Shown here in pieces: positions 48,245-57,261 of a stretch of 64,000 nt of DNA; the stretch's first letter is position 1, and the number at the start of each line of letters is the position of its first letter. The translations under genes were made by a program, and so were the position numbers. The DNA is from Abditibacterium sp. (lineage in GTDB: Bacteria; Armatimonadota; Abditibacteriia; Abditibacteriales; Abditibacteriaceae): the NCBI GenBank assembly GCA_965199495.1, contig CBDASK010000003.1, forward strand, positions 1,376,001-1,440,000. Reading direction: 5' to 3'. The notes under the pieces are model-generated. The model was not told the origin of the DNA and ran no database searches. It worked only from the letters and a program-made list of their open reading frames with translations.

Positions 48245-50035
48245 TTAACCGCCGCGTTGCGGCAAGACGCCCAACTTTACGCCCGGAACTTCGCCCTGCG
48301 GATAGCATTTCATTTTCAGCGCGAGCGAATCGGCGGGCACGCGCAGATCGAGCGTTGAATAATCGGCGACGGCAAACGGCGCGATGGCGCTGCCGTTTTC
48401 CAGCTTCAATTCGGTTTGCACGCTCGTCAAATCGCGATAATTTTGATGGTGCTTCCAATCGGCGCCCCAGTTGAATAAACCGCCGTTATCGCCGGGCGCG
48501 TAAAGGTTGTTCGAGAACTTCAAATTCAGCTTTTCCAACGATAAATTCGGCGGCGTTTTAGTTTTGTCTGTCGCGACGTAAGCCGCAGCCACGTCGCCGG
48601 GGGCTTTTGCTGCGTCGGCGGATTTTTGTTGCATCGCGCGCGGCCACAATCGTTCGTCGTCCACGTCAAACCAGCCGCCGACGCCCGCGTTGCGGTTGAG
48701 GGCGAACACGTTGTTATGCACGTTTTCGTCGTGATTCCACACCGCTTCTTCGGGCGATTTTTCGGGCGCGTCAATGCGCGGCGTGGTGCGATTGGCCTCG
48801 CGAAACTGGAAACCCTCGCGATTGCCGATCAGCAAATTGCGCTCGATTTCGCAGTTGGGAGACGAACTGACGGCGATGCCACCGCTCGCGCCCCACGCGT
48901 AAGCGTCATCGGTAAAACCGTTGCCGACGATGACGTTATCGCGCGCGTGCAAACCATAGGAAATCTCATAAAAAATCCCGGCGTCCTCGTTGTCGGCGAT
49001 CAGACAATTGGAAACCGTGCAGTTTTCGTTGCCGATGTCGAACCAAATTCCGATGCCGCGATTGGCGATAAACCGCGAATTTTCGATGGTCATATCGCGC
49101 GTCAAAACGATTTTATCGCCGCCCGCTTCCCAGCCACGAGCGAAGTTTTTGGTGTTGTTGTGCGTCGTCAAACAGCCGGTCATCCGCAGCCGATGCGCGC
49201 GTTCGGCGCCCCAGCCCAACTGGCCGTTATCCTGAAAAGTGCAGCGCGTAACAGTGATATCCGTGCCTTTGAACTGCGCGCCAGAACCATTGGAATTCTG
49301 GAAAATGCAATCGGACACGCCGTCGAATTTGCCACTGAAACGCGCCATGCCGTTTTGCGCCGAGTTCGCGCACATCGAAAACGTCAGGCCGCGCACATCC
49401 ACATAATCGCCGCTGCAATCCCACACGTTCTCGCGCGTCGCGGCCTCGATGCGCGGCGCCCACGGCGGCGCTTTACCGATGTCGGCGCTGTTGTTGTCGG
49501 CCTGAATATAGAGCTTTTTATTTTCGACATCGGCGAAAAACGTCCCGCGCGCCAACTTGTCGCGCGAAAGAACCTGACGCAGCGCATAACCATTGAAACT
49601 CACCTGCTCGCCGCGCCCAATCAGCAAATGATAATCGTCGTTGGGATGCGCCATCGTCGGACTCCAATTGATGAAACGATGATCCCAATCGGCGACAAAA
49701 ACGTTATCGGCGCCAGTGTCGGGCACTTTTTCCCATTTGTCCAACTGGTCGGCCCCCGTCACCACGACGCGCGCGCCGGGCACGCTTTGGAAGCGAATCG
49801 GCTGCGCGCGCGTGCCGCTATTTTTGACGACGACTTGCTCGCGATAAGTGCCGCCATGAATCAGCACGACATCGCCCGCCTGAGCGACTTTCGCTGCGTC
49901 GCTAATCGTGCGGAATTGTGCTTCGGCGGCCACATTGGGTAGCGCGGCGGGCGCGACGTGAAGCGTGGCGGCGTGGGTAAGGTTGGCGCTCAACAGCAGA
50001 CCAGCGAGCGCGACAAAACGCGAGGATTGGAGCAT
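48245..50035 (-). CDS. Secreted right-handed parallel beta-helix protein
   Basis: FRTISDAA..AGDVVLIHGGTYRE; GIWFD, GIFYEIS beta-helix repeats. Confidence 0.85.
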   Translation of the reverse strand: MLQSSRFVALAGLLLSANLTHAATLHVAPAALPNVAAEAQFRTISDAAKVAQAGDVVLIHGGTYREQVVVKNSGTRAQPIRFQSVPGARVVVTGADQLDKWEKVPDTGADNVFVADWDHRFINWSPTMAHPNDDYHLLIGRGEQVSFNGYALRQVLSRDKLARGTFFADVENKKLYIQADNNSADIGKAPPWAPRIEAATRENVWDCSGDYVDVRGLTFSMCANSAQNGMARFSGKFDGVSDCIFQNSNGSGAQFKGTDITVTRCTFQDNGQLGWGAERAHRLRMTGCLTTHNNTKNFARGWEAGGDKIVLTRDMTIENSRFIANRGIGIWFDIGNENCTVSNCLIADNEDAGIFYEISYGLHARDNVIVGNGFTDDAYAWGASGGIAVSSSPNCEIERNLLIGNREGFQFREANRTTPRIDAPEKSPEEAVWNHDENVHNNVFALNRNAGVGGWFDVDDERLWPRAMQQKSADAAKAPGDVAAAYVATDKTKTPPNLSLEKLNLKFSNNLYAPGDNGGLFNWGADWKHHQNYRDLTSVQTELKLENGSAIAPFAVADYSTLDLRVPADSLALKMKCYPQGEVPGVKLGVLPQRGG

Positions 50036-50166
50036 GAGACCAAGTTTAACTCGCGCAACGGGCGCTAATTAAAGCCTGAATTTTTCGGTATCGAGATAGA
50101 GTTTGAGCCAAACTCATTGTCACCACAAAACGGACGCATCATCGCAGTGTCCAAAGCCGCCCTTAC

Positions 50167-52368
50167 ATGAAACTCGAAATTCTTTTGCTTGCTCCGCTTT
50201 TGCTCTCTGCCAGCCACGCCGCGTCCGCGCGGGCCGCTGCGATTTTGAAAAATAACGCTTGCCTGTTGAGCGCCGATAAGAAAACGGGTTTGCAACTCGC
50301 TGGGCGTAATTTCAGCTTCGATCAGCGAGCGCCGCTGCAAATCGAAATCGTGGACGCAGACGGCAAAACGCAATGGCTGAATGGCAATTATTCGAGCGTC
50401 AAATCGCGCAACGGCGTTTTGAAATGCGCCGGTCAAATCGTTTCTCCAAACGGAACTCAATTTCAAATCTCCGACGAATTTACGCGCGACGCCGCTGGAT
50501 TTTTGCTGTCGCGCAACGTGCAAATCGCCGCGCCAAATGCCCGCGATGTCGGGTTTGCTTCGCGTTTTGGACTGGCGTGGAGCGCTCCGCAAAGCGCGCG
50601 CGCGGCGGAGATTTTGATGCCGGGCGTCTGGTATGGGCACAACGAATTCGTCAATCCCAGCGCCTTCGGCTCTGACGCCGATTATCAAAGTTTGATGACG
50701 CGCGGCGACCGCTTGGGCTTGCCGCTCGTAGCGGCGCGCGACCCAAAAAGCGGCGTTTCGCTCGAATTGGAACGCGTCGGCGGCACGCCCACGACTTCCG
50801 CGGGCGATAGCGGCGGCCAACGTCTGATTGACGCGCGTTTGCAAGTCGGTTCGCTGGGATTTTTGAATGCGGGCCATTTGCAGCCGACGTTTGTTTTTCC
50901 CGCGACCGAAGACGAGCGCGCGATAATCGGCCCGGACGCGCCAATTGGCCGCCGTTTCGCGCCGCGCTCGCATCCGGTGAAAGTCGGCGTGCAGCACGCG
51001 TACCGGTTGCACTTTGAAATGGAGCAGACGCCCGATTTCGCGAGTTTGGTCGAGAAGACCACGAAATCGGCGATTACGCGCGCTCATTCGCCGCTCTTCA
51101 AAGCCGATTTGAATCAGGTTTATCGCGCCAGTTTAGATTTGCTCGATGCCGTCGTGGCTCCTTACAACGGCACGGTCGCGGTGCCGTTTTTCGCCGCGAT
51201 TCCCAGTGGCGAAGTCAAAGATACCTCAACGCAAATGGGCTTCGTCGGCATGGCGTTGCCCTGCGCGGCGTTCCTATTACGCGATGGTTATGCGCGCCAA
51301 AATCAGAGCGAAATCGAACGCGCCGGGCAGGTCTTAGATTTTTGGGTGAATAAATGCGCGCGACCTTCCGGCGTGCCACAAAACTGGGCCGATTTTCCGG
51401 CGCCCGACAAAGTGACTTTTCGCGGTTTCCCAACGCATCTGCGCGTGGCATGCGACGGCATGAAAGGCGTTTTGGACGCGTGGAACGTGGCGCGCGCCAA
51501 CAAAGTGGATAAACCGGAGTGGCTCGGTTTCGCGCGCAGTTGGGGCGATTTTTTGGTAAAAAACCAGAACGCCGATGGCTCGTGGTTCGGCGCATGGAAC
51601 GGCGACGGCACGCCGAACGCGCGTTACACCAACGCCTCGACGCATCCGCTCGAATTTATGATTGAGCTTTCGCGCGCGACGGGTGACGAAAAATATCAAA
51701 GTGCGGCCTTGCGCGCGGGCGAATTTTGCTATCGGACGGTTCATCAGAATTACGCTTATTCCGGCGGCACGCCCGATAATCCCAACGTCACCGACAAAGA
51801 GGCGGGCGTGATGGCGACCGAAGGTTTTATGGCACTCTACGATGCGACAGGCGACAAAAAATGGTTGGGCGCCGCGAAACAAGCGGCGATTTTCTGCGAA
51901 ACGTGGGTTTATTGGCGCAATTTCCCGATACCGGCGGACACGCCCAAACAGGTTTTTCCAGATAACCGTTCGACGGTAGGCATGAGCCTGATTTCGACGG
52001 GCCATTCGGGCGCCGACGATTACATGGCGATGGCACCGTTTCTGTGGTATCGGATTTATCTGGCGACGGGCGACGCCCATTTTTTGCAAAGCGCGCGCAT
52101 TTTGCAGCACGATACCAAACAAATCATGGATTGGAACGGCACATTGGGCTACAAATATCATGGACTGTTGCCCGAAGCCGTCAGTTTGTCCACCAATCGT
52201 GGAACTGGCGTCGCGGGTTGGTTGCCGTGGCTCACAGTTGTCAACATTCGTCCGATAGTTCAATTGAAAAACGTTTTCGGCACTTTTGATTTGGATGAAA
52301 TTGAAAAAATTCCGCTCGCCAAACGCCGCGAATTAAGCGCGCAATTTGGCGTAACGCGCGGTTTTTGA
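50167..52368 (+). CDS. Secreted hypothetical protein, probable (alpha/alpha)6-barrel glycosidase-like
   Basis: Signal peptide; repeated LSRATGDEKY / LYDATGDKKW / IYLATGDAHF hairpin motifs. Confidence 0.75.
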   Translation: MKLEILLLAPLLLSASHAASARAAAILKNNACLLSADKKTGLQLAGRNFSFDQRAPLQIEIVDADGKTQWLNGNYSSVKSRNGVLKCAGQIVSPNGTQFQISDEFTRDAAGFLLSRNVQIAAPNARDVGFASRFGLAWSAPQSARAAEILMPGVWYGHNEFVNPSAFGSDADYQSLMTRGDRLGLPLVAARDPKSGVSLELERVGGTPTTSAGDSGGQRLIDARLQVGSLGFLNAGHLQPTFVFPATEDERAIIGPDAPIGRRFAPRSHPVKVGVQHAYRLHFEMEQTPDFASLVEKTTKSAITRAHSPLFKADLNQVYRASLDLLDAVVAPYNGTVAVPFFAAIPSGEVKDTSTQMGFVGMALPCAAFLLRDGYARQNQSEIERAGQVLDFWVNKCARPSGVPQNWADFPAPDKVTFRGFPTHLRVACDGMKGVLDAWNVARANKVDKPEWLGFARSWGDFLVKNQNADGSWFGAWNGDGTPNARYTNASTHPLEFMIELSRATGDEKYQSAALRAGEFCYRTVHQNYAYSGGTPDNPNVTDKEAGVMATEGFMALYDATGDKKWLGAAKQAAIFCETWVYWRNFPIPADTPKQVFPDNRSTVGMSLISTGHSGADDYMAMAPFLWYRIYLATGDAHFLQSARILQHDTKQIMDWNGTLGYKYHGLLPEAVSLSTNRGTGVAGWLPWLTVVNIRPIVQLKNVFGTFDLDEIEKIPLAKRRELSAQFGVTRGF

Positions 52369-52387
52369 GCCTGTGAAAAACAAAAAT

Positions 52388-52421
52388 CACCGCGTCAATT
52401 AACTTCCTGACGCGGTGTTTT
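52388..52421. terminator. Bidirectional terminator
   Basis: CACCGCGTCA/TGACGCGGTG with A and T tracts, between convergent genes. Confidence 0.7.
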
Positions 52422-52439
52422 CCGTTGCGATAAATTCGA

Positions 52440-53144
52440 TCAAATGCCCGTGGCTGTGATAATTGGCGATTGCTCGAACGGCTGCATCACGACAAAACCT
52501 TCGCCGCGAAACACCATCTGAAACGTTTCGCCGCCGCCGCGCGCGACCAGACTGCGCAGCGAAGCGTCAATGCGAATATCGGGCGACAAGTTGCCCGACC
52601 ACGCGACCGTTGCGTTCGGGTCGGTCGAAACTGGATCATTGGGCGTGACTTTGAGCGTCAACGGCTGGCCGTGCGACACCATCGCGACCATGCCGCTCCC
52701 GCTTAACTTCACCGAAAACAAACCGCCCGACAAAACACCAGCCACGCGGCGGTGCATATTGATTTCGTAGCTCACGCTGTCCTCGAACGCCAACAAATCG
52801 TTGCCGTTGACGTTGAGGGTTTCGCCCTGCAACCGCAAAATCGTGACGTTCTTGGCGTGGTCGGCCAGATAACAAATGCCCTGGCCTTCGATTCTGGTGA
52901 GCGGCGCCATTTCGCCCGCAACCATTTTGAGCAGTGCCGTGCTCAAACCTTGTTCCATCATCCCTTCGCGTTTAAACGTGAGATTGCCGCGATAAGCGAT
53001 CATCGCGCCCGGTTTGCTCCATATCGCGCCGTTAACGTTCGCTTCGAGCATTTGGGGGCTTTCGAGTTCAAAGACATCGCCGGGCTGGTCGCGCTCGGCG
53101 GTTCCGTTGAGGAAATCTTGGAGTGTATGCGTGGGTTCGTTCAT
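52440..53144 (-). CDS. AIM24 family protein
   Basis: SKPGAMIAYRG, LLAFE, DPNATVAWS, GETFQMVFRGEGFVVMQP. Confidence 0.9.
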   Translation of the reverse strand: MNEPTHTLQDFLNGTAERDQPGDVFELESPQMLEANVNGAIWSKPGAMIAYRGNLTFKREGMMEQGLSTALLKMVAGEMAPLTRIEGQGICYLADHAKNVTILRLQGETLNVNGNDLLAFEDSVSYEINMHRRVAGVLSGGLFSVKLSGSGMVAMVSHGQPLTLKVTPNDPVSTDPNATVAWSGNLSPDIRIDASLRSLVARGGGETFQMVFRGEGFVVMQPFEQSPIITATGI

Positions 53145-53220
53145 AACGGAGTAGGTTTACAATAATTTTTGATAATGGGTGCTGGAATGAGTGAGCGCCA
53201 GTCAATTACGGCTCACAACT

Positions 53221-53258
53221 AAAAATCTCCTGCGACATTGATTTGTCGCAGGAGATTT
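53221..53258 (-). terminator. Intrinsic terminator after small lipoprotein
   Basis: AAATCTCCTGCGACA/TGTCGCAGGAGATTT stem; T-tract on the minus strand. Confidence 0.75.
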
Positions 53259-53297
53259 CGCCGGACGGTTTTCGGTTGTTGCGGTTGCAATTATATT

Positions 53298-53456
53298 TTA
53301 GCCACCATTGGACTGCCCACGCTCAGGCGGCATCGTGGGGGCCGCTTTTCCCGATGTGGGCGGCGGAGTCGTTGGTTCTTCTTCTTTGCTGCCGCATCCG
53401 GTGAGAGCGGTCGCAGCCAGAGCGGAGAGGGTCAGAGCAATTAAGATTGGTTTCAT
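53298..53456 (-). CDS. Small lipoprotein (52 aa, below the ORF-track cutoff)
   Basis: MKPILIALTLSALAATALTGCGSKEEEPTTPPP...: signal peptide with LTGC lipobox, followed by a terminator. Confidence 0.75.
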   Translation of the reverse strand: MKPILIALTLSALAATALTGCGSKEEEPTTPPPTSGKAAPTMPPERGQSNGG

Positions 53457-53487
53457 GGGAATTGAGCACATCGTGCCACGCTAAGTA

Positions 53488-53610
53488 TTACTGAGTGTTG
53501 GGGCTAAAGCTATATCCGGTCGCGTTGGTCGGCGGATTAATTTTGTCCGGCTTGAGCCACTTGACGTGCCCATCGGCAAAAGCGTAATTGGCGCCATCCA
53601 AGTGACGCGT
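53488..53610 (-). pseudogene. C-terminal fragment of a prepilin-type H-X9-DG (DUF1559-like) gene
   Basis: TRHLDGANYAFADGHVKWLKP...; in-frame TAA directly upstream and no start codon. Confidence 0.82.
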
Positions 53611-53711
53611 TTATACCCAATTCTTCTGTTTTTCAAACATTGTCGAACTAAAGACGAAAACATTTCGGTCTCACAAAGCGCGAACGCGCGAAAGTGTTCA
53701 ATTTTAGCGCG

Positions 53712-53763
53712 TTGGCAACACGAAACAACTACGAGCCGAGTCACGGTTGTTTCGTGTTGCCAA
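53712..53763. terminator. 18-bp stem hairpin after the FHA gene
   Basis: TTGGCAACACGAAACAAC/GTTGTTTCGTGTTGCCAA; weak U-tract. Confidence 0.55.
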
Positions 53764-53770
53764 ACAAAAT

Positions 53771-54508
53771 TTAAGCTGGCAACAAGCGCAACACGACTTT
53801 GCCAAACGCGACTTTATCGCCCAATTTCAGCGGCGACGGCTGGTTATCTGGAATTGGTTTATTGTTGATGCGCGTTTTGTTGGCGCCGCCCAGATGCGTA
53901 ACGCTCACGTTGCCGTTATCGAAATTGACGCGCGCGTGCTGGCGATGAACGTAACCGGCATCTTGGTCGGATAAATCAATGTCGGGATAAATATCGGCGT
54001 CTTCATCTTCGCGCCCGACGAGCATTTCGGCGTCGCCCAGCACGAACTGCGCGCCGACCGATTGGCCCTGCTCGACGACCAATTTCACGTTGCCCGGCAT
54101 CAAATCGCCAGCCGTTTGTGATGCAGTGCCAACAGGAGCCACGGCGCCCGTGGAGACGGGCGCGACCAAACCAGCGGTTGCGGTGCTGGCGGCGGGCGCA
54201 TCGCCAATTGACGTTTCGTCGGCGGGCATATCAAACGAGGTGATCGGATCGGCCTGGTTCATCGTATCCATCGGCTCGTCTTCGGGCGAAACTGCGGGAG
54301 CAATCACGGTCGCGGCGCCGGGATGCAAGTCGGCGCCGCAGGCTTCGCAGGCGAGGTTATCGGCGGGATTTTCGGCGCCACAATCGGGGCACTTAATCAT
54401 CGCTTCGGTCGCCGTGGCTGCATTGGCCGAGGGCAACTCTTCGCCACAGTTTTCGCAAAATTGGGTGCCATCCACGTTTTCGTGCTGGCATTCGGGACAG
54501 GTAATCAT
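53771..54508 (-). CDS. Double zinc-ribbon + FHA protein
   Basis: CPEC..CENCG and CPDCG..CEACG; VGRED..PDIDLS..VHRQHA..NKTRIN. Confidence 0.9.
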   Translation of the reverse strand: MITCPECQHENVDGTQFCENCGEELPSANAATATEAMIKCPDCGAENPADNLACEACGADLHPGAATVIAPAVSPEDEPMDTMNQADPITSFDMPADETSIGDAPAASTATAGLVAPVSTGAVAPVGTASQTAGDLMPGNVKLVVEQGQSVGAQFVLGDAEMLVGREDEDADIYPDIDLSDQDAGYVHRQHARVNFDNGNVSVTHLGGANKTRINNKPIPDNQPSPLKLGDKVAFGKVVLRLLPA

Positions 54509-54515
54509 AATATTA

Positions 54516-54591
54516 GGTGACAAGTAACAAGTGGCAAGTGACAAGGAGCGGAGGCGGGAGATAAAAGGGGCGAAACTTGCCACTTGTCACC
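54516..54591. repeat. Heptamer-based inverted repeat (ACAAGTG units)
   Basis: GGTGACAAGTAACAAGTGGCAAGTGACAAG ... ACTTGCCACTTGTCACC. Confidence 0.75.
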
Positions 54592-54597
54592 GTTGCG

Positions 54598-55860
54598 CTA
54601 CGCTAATCGTTTCGTTTTCTTCGTTTCGTTGCTCGAAACCGCCAGATCATCGGCAGAAATCGCGCCACCAGAATCCAAAGTCTCTTCCATCTCTTCCAAA
54701 ACTTTAGTCGCGGCGACTTTGCCCAAACGCTGCGTCATTTTCTTTTTGCGCTCCAAAACTTGCGTCATCTTGCGCTTGTCGCCGCTTTTCACGGCGGCTT
54801 CGAGGTCAACTTGCAATTTGTAATCGTTGGCTTCTTCGATAAGCCGCACCACTTCGCCGTTACGCTGCGCCAGTTCGACATCGTTATCGGAATAGCCCGT
54901 CAAAACATTCGCTTCGGCGCGCGCATTGGGACTGGCGCTGTTCCACGCGGCGATTTGACACAGCAAATCGCGGCTTTTGGCGCCGACTGGCGCGCTCGTC
55001 ACCACATCCAACAGATACGCTTGCGGCTGATCGTTTTGAATCGAGCCAACGGAAATCTTGAACGAATTATCCGAAACCGTCGGCGCATCGAAAACTTTTT
55101 TATCAGGCACCACGCGCCAGAAACGGCGCGGTTTGCCATTGAGTCTCGAAACTTCAATCGTCACGTCCGACATCACCGTTGAGGCGATGCGGCCAAATTC
55201 GTCCTGAAAAACTTCGCTCAGCGCTTCGGGCGTGGCGGCCATCAGGAATTTGCCGGAGCCTTTGTCGGCCAAATCACGCAGAAACGCGGCGTCGTAATCA
55301 GCGGGGTCGCCCAATCCAATCGTCGAAAGCGAGACGCCGTTGCTCTCGAACTCGGTTTTGCCGCGTTCGAGAAACTTCTCCAAATCGCGGTCAATAAAGC
55401 CCTGTGAATCGGTCGGCTGACCGTCGCTCAGCAAAATCACAAACGTCGTCACGGCGGGGCTGGCGTGCGGCGCGATCTCTTTGAAGATGGTATTTAAACC
55501 GGTCAATAATTCGGTCGCGCCTTCGACGCGCACGTCTTGGACGGCACCTTTGGCGCGCATTTTCATGCCTTCGCCGAACTGTGTCGCGGGCACGATGATG
55601 CGCGAACCGCTGGAAAACACGGCGACAGTTGCGCGGTCATCGGGCGAGAGTTTGTCGAGAATCAGCGAACAGGCGCGCTTGGCGTTTTCGAGTTTCGGCC
55701 CTTCCATCGAGCCGGAGTTATCGAGCAAAATGCCCAGATTGAGCGGCAACGTATTCATGCCGCGTCCGGGCGAAAGTTCGAGCAGAATGGTTTGCAGAAA
55801 GTCGCCGCGCGTGGGGCGAAACTCTTTATCTAAAGCGGTGCGAAGACTTAAATCGGGCAT
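54598..55860 (-). CDS. vWA domain protein
   Basis: MIDAS LDNSGSM, GATEL, LLSDGQP, STIGLG. Confidence 0.9.
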   Translation of the reverse strand: MPDLSLRTALDKEFRPTRGDFLQTILLELSPGRGMNTLPLNLGILLDNSGSMEGPKLENAKRACSLILDKLSPDDRATVAVFSSGSRIIVPATQFGEGMKMRAKGAVQDVRVEGATELLTGLNTIFKEIAPHASPAVTTFVILLSDGQPTDSQGFIDRDLEKFLERGKTEFESNGVSLSTIGLGDPADYDAAFLRDLADKGSGKFLMAATPEALSEVFQDEFGRIASTVMSDVTIEVSRLNGKPRRFWRVVPDKKVFDAPTVSDNSFKISVGSIQNDQPQAYLLDVVTSAPVGAKSRDLLCQIAAWNSASPNARAEANVLTGYSDNDVELAQRNGEVVRLIEEANDYKLQVDLEAAVKSGDKRKMTQVLERKKKMTQRLGKVAATKVLEEMEETLDSGGAISADDLAVSSNETKKTKRLA

Positions 55861-55876
55861 TGGGTTTTAGTTTAAG

Positions 55877-56389
55877 TTACGGGCGCACGCGTTGCGGCAA
55901 ATACGCGTCCAAAACGCGATTGAGCCGTTTGTTAAAGCGCGGATTCAGTTTGTAATTCATTGGAGGAGAAGGAAAGGAATATCCATTTTTCCCCCTCACT
56001 TGTTTCACAATTTCGCTCGAAGTTGCGTTTTGGAAGAGAATGATGCCATAGAGATACCGTCCCTTTTTGTAAAACGATAAGTTGATAAAAATTGACTTCT
56101 GATTCTGAGATGGGCTGACTTCTTTGTCAAACACGCGAATTTTGTCAATAACATCGCGCGTTTGTTCGGCGTCCAAGGGGCCAAATTTCAGTTGCTCGTC
56201 GCCAACGCAAGAAGAGTTTTGGCAACGTGCCTGAGTTGCCTTCATGCTGTCGGCGCCCGCGACGAGGGCGCGAAACTCTTTATCCGCTTTCGTCAAAGGC
56301 GGATGATCCAAGCGATAATTGACGCCCCACAGCGCCGCGCCGACGACGAGTAACAGCGTGAGTGCGAGGATTAACGGTTTGCGTTTCAT
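55877..56389 (-). CDS. Hypothetical membrane-anchored protein with AT-rich core
   Basis: N-terminal TM helix; GC-rich termini and AT-rich middle. Confidence 0.7.
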   Translation of the reverse strand: MKRKPLILALTLLLVVGAALWGVNYRLDHPPLTKADKEFRALVAGADSMKATQARCQNSSCVGDEQLKFGPLDAEQTRDVIDKIRVFDKEVSPSQNQKSIFINLSFYKKGRYLYGIILFQNATSSEIVKQVRGKNGYSFPSPPMNYKLNPRFNKRLNRVLDAYLPQRVRP

Positions 56390-56404
56390 AAGTTTAGTGA
56401 AAAC

Positions 56405-56869
56405 TCACGCAGTCCAATTCCCGACATATTTCACCGACGGCATCGCCGCCGAAACGGTGTTGAACAGCTTCTTATCCGCCGTCCATAATTCCACGCCGCG
56501 CGCCTGTGCCAGAGCTAAATACGTCGCGTCATAACAACGCACCATCGCAAAGCGTATCGCCAGTTCGCGCGCGAGTTGGCGGGTTTCGTCGAACACAATT
56601 TCAATTGGGAGCGCATCAATCAACGCGTGGGCGTTCGCCTCATCTTCGGGGGCAAGAGTCTTTTTGATTTGCACGCGCAAACGAATAGAACTACTCGTCT
56701 CACTTTCCCAAAGCGGCGGCGCAATGAAGCGCGCGCCCGCTTTGCCCAAGGACGCCAACAAACCCAGCGCGGATGCTTGCATTGGTTCGTCGGCAAAGCT
56801 CGCCGCGATAGCAACACTTGCGTCTATCGCCACGAAAAGCGGAGTTTGTGAAGTGGGATTAATCTGCAA
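56405..56869 (-). CDS. VapC/PIN-domain toxin
   Basis: VAIDASV, YDATYLALA, LWTADKKL; probable TTG start overlapping the antitoxin end. Confidence 0.88.
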   Translation of the reverse strand: MQINPTSQTPLFVAIDASVAIAASFADEPMQASALGLLASLGKAGARFIAPPLWESETSSSIRLRVQIKKTLAPEDEANAHALIDALPIEIVFDETRQLARELAIRFAMVRCYDATYLALAQARGVELWTADKKLFNTVSAAMPSVKYVGNWTA

Positions 56870-57125
56870 GTTCTTCCATCCTACCCGCGCGCACTTCTTC
56901 CAAGTCCGCTGCCGCATTCATGGGGCCAAGAGATCGGATAGGATTGGCTTTAATATATGCAACGGCGCATTCCATCGGAGACAAAGTGCGCTCCGATTCC
57001 GTCTCAGAGCCAAGCACCCGCCGCGCCGCTTCCAGCAGCCAAGCGCCAGCATCCGTGTTCTGCGCTCTTGCCGCCGCCTGAATCTGCGCTTCTAAATTAT
57101 TAGGGATTTCGATTTTCAATATCAT
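56859..57125 (-). CDS. Putative antitoxin
   Basis: Small gene upstream of and overlapping the PIN gene; RHH-like N-terminus LKIEIPNNLEAQIQAAAR; AGGAG RBS. Confidence 0.75.
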   Translation of the reverse strand: MILKIEIPNNLEAQIQAAARAQNTDAGAWLLEAARRVLGSETESERTLSPMECAVAYIKANPIRSLGPMNAAADLEEVRAGRMEELAD

Positions 57126-57261
57126 TGGTTCGCTCCTTTAGTTTTTACCCCAGCCACGCCGACCAAGTCCAACCGCGCAATGGCGTTATAGCCTTGGATT
57201 GTTTCTCGTGTCATGATTTTAGCTCAGTTTAATTCATGAACAAATTCGATGGGATTTTCGC

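Noticed and set aside
53481..53744. 87-aa minus-strand ORF in the track
   Set aside because: Wrong frame; the recognisable H-X9-DG sequence is in another frame (53488-53610)
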